A DNA stretch of 63,764 nucleotides, counting the filler, from Octopus bimaculoides (lineage: Eukaryota), in assembly GCF_001194135.2 (NCBI RefSeq). It is 3 parts of 3 records of this genome, joined end to end, with 100 filler letters (N's around TTAATTAATTAA, not from the genome) between each part and the next. Parts side by side here need not be neighbours in the genome. Positions count along the whole stretch, not along the records: positions 50,741 to 63,764 come from NC_069002.1; 2 more parts are not named here. The stretch is one strand, 5' to 3'. This document shows positions 63,377 to 63,764 of the stretch, piece by piece; position 1 is the stretch's first letter; each line of letters starts with the position of its first letter. The translations under genes were made by a program, and so were the position numbers. The notes under the pieces were generated by a model. That model was not told the DNA's origin and ran no database searches. It saw only the letters and a list, made by a program, of their open reading frames with translations.

Positions 63377-63764
63377 GTAGTGGCTATTACATATGTGTCT
63401 CTCTTTTGTTTGGAGCTGTAGCAATGTCTGCCATTCATGTGTTATATATTTTATGATTATTGGTGCTTATTATTATTATTATTATTATTCAGTAGTTTTA
63501 TTTTTATAACGTGCTTTCACTTCACTACCGAGCGCAGCTCTGTGCGCCTTGGGTATGTGCTGTGGTTTGCTGTGGTGCTCTTATGTTTACTGTATTGAAA
63601 GTGTTTTGCGTAGAATGTGTGCAGTACCCAGTAGTGCAATTTTCTGTATGTTATATATATTTGTAAGTCCTGGTGTTTTTGTTATGTATTTGTCTGAATA
63701 TTTTTTTATTATACCTAAGGCACCTACTATGATAGGAATTGTTTCTGTTTTTAGATTCCACGTT

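Overview
This is AT-rich animal genomic DNA, dense in microsatellites, SINEs, LINEs and mariner relics, with nine N-gaps. The repeat families look like those of an octopus or other coleoid cephalopod (recognised from memory, not searched). Two convergent intron-containing genes can be built by hand with GT-AG boundaries and consistent reading phase. (1) On the + strand is the 3' part of an SLMAP-like tail-anchored coiled-coil gene: 8 coding exons, 281..18201, ending in a transmembrane anchor and a stop. (2) On the - strand is TSG101 (ESCRT-I): 8 coding exons, 48320..34909. Its first ~64 codons were not found, and an artificial scaffold linker lies upstream. The rest is mobile DNA: RTE-, CR1- and R4-like LINE fragments, mariner relics, several SINE families, MITEs and a Helentron-like element. 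Most ORFs in the supplied track are artefacts of N-runs, microsatellites or repeats. I cannot claim a proven new system. The best leads are (a) a tandem array of ~45-nt units that each fold into a hairpin (23.9-24.2 kb), (b) a ~46-nt array carrying a 16-bp palindrome next to a 40-nt poly(A)-like tract (26.5-27.0 kb), (c) a 124-bp-arm hairpin downstream of the SLMAP stop, and (d) possible alternative C-termini of SLMAP plus three consecutive 63-nt (3-heptad) symmetric exons.
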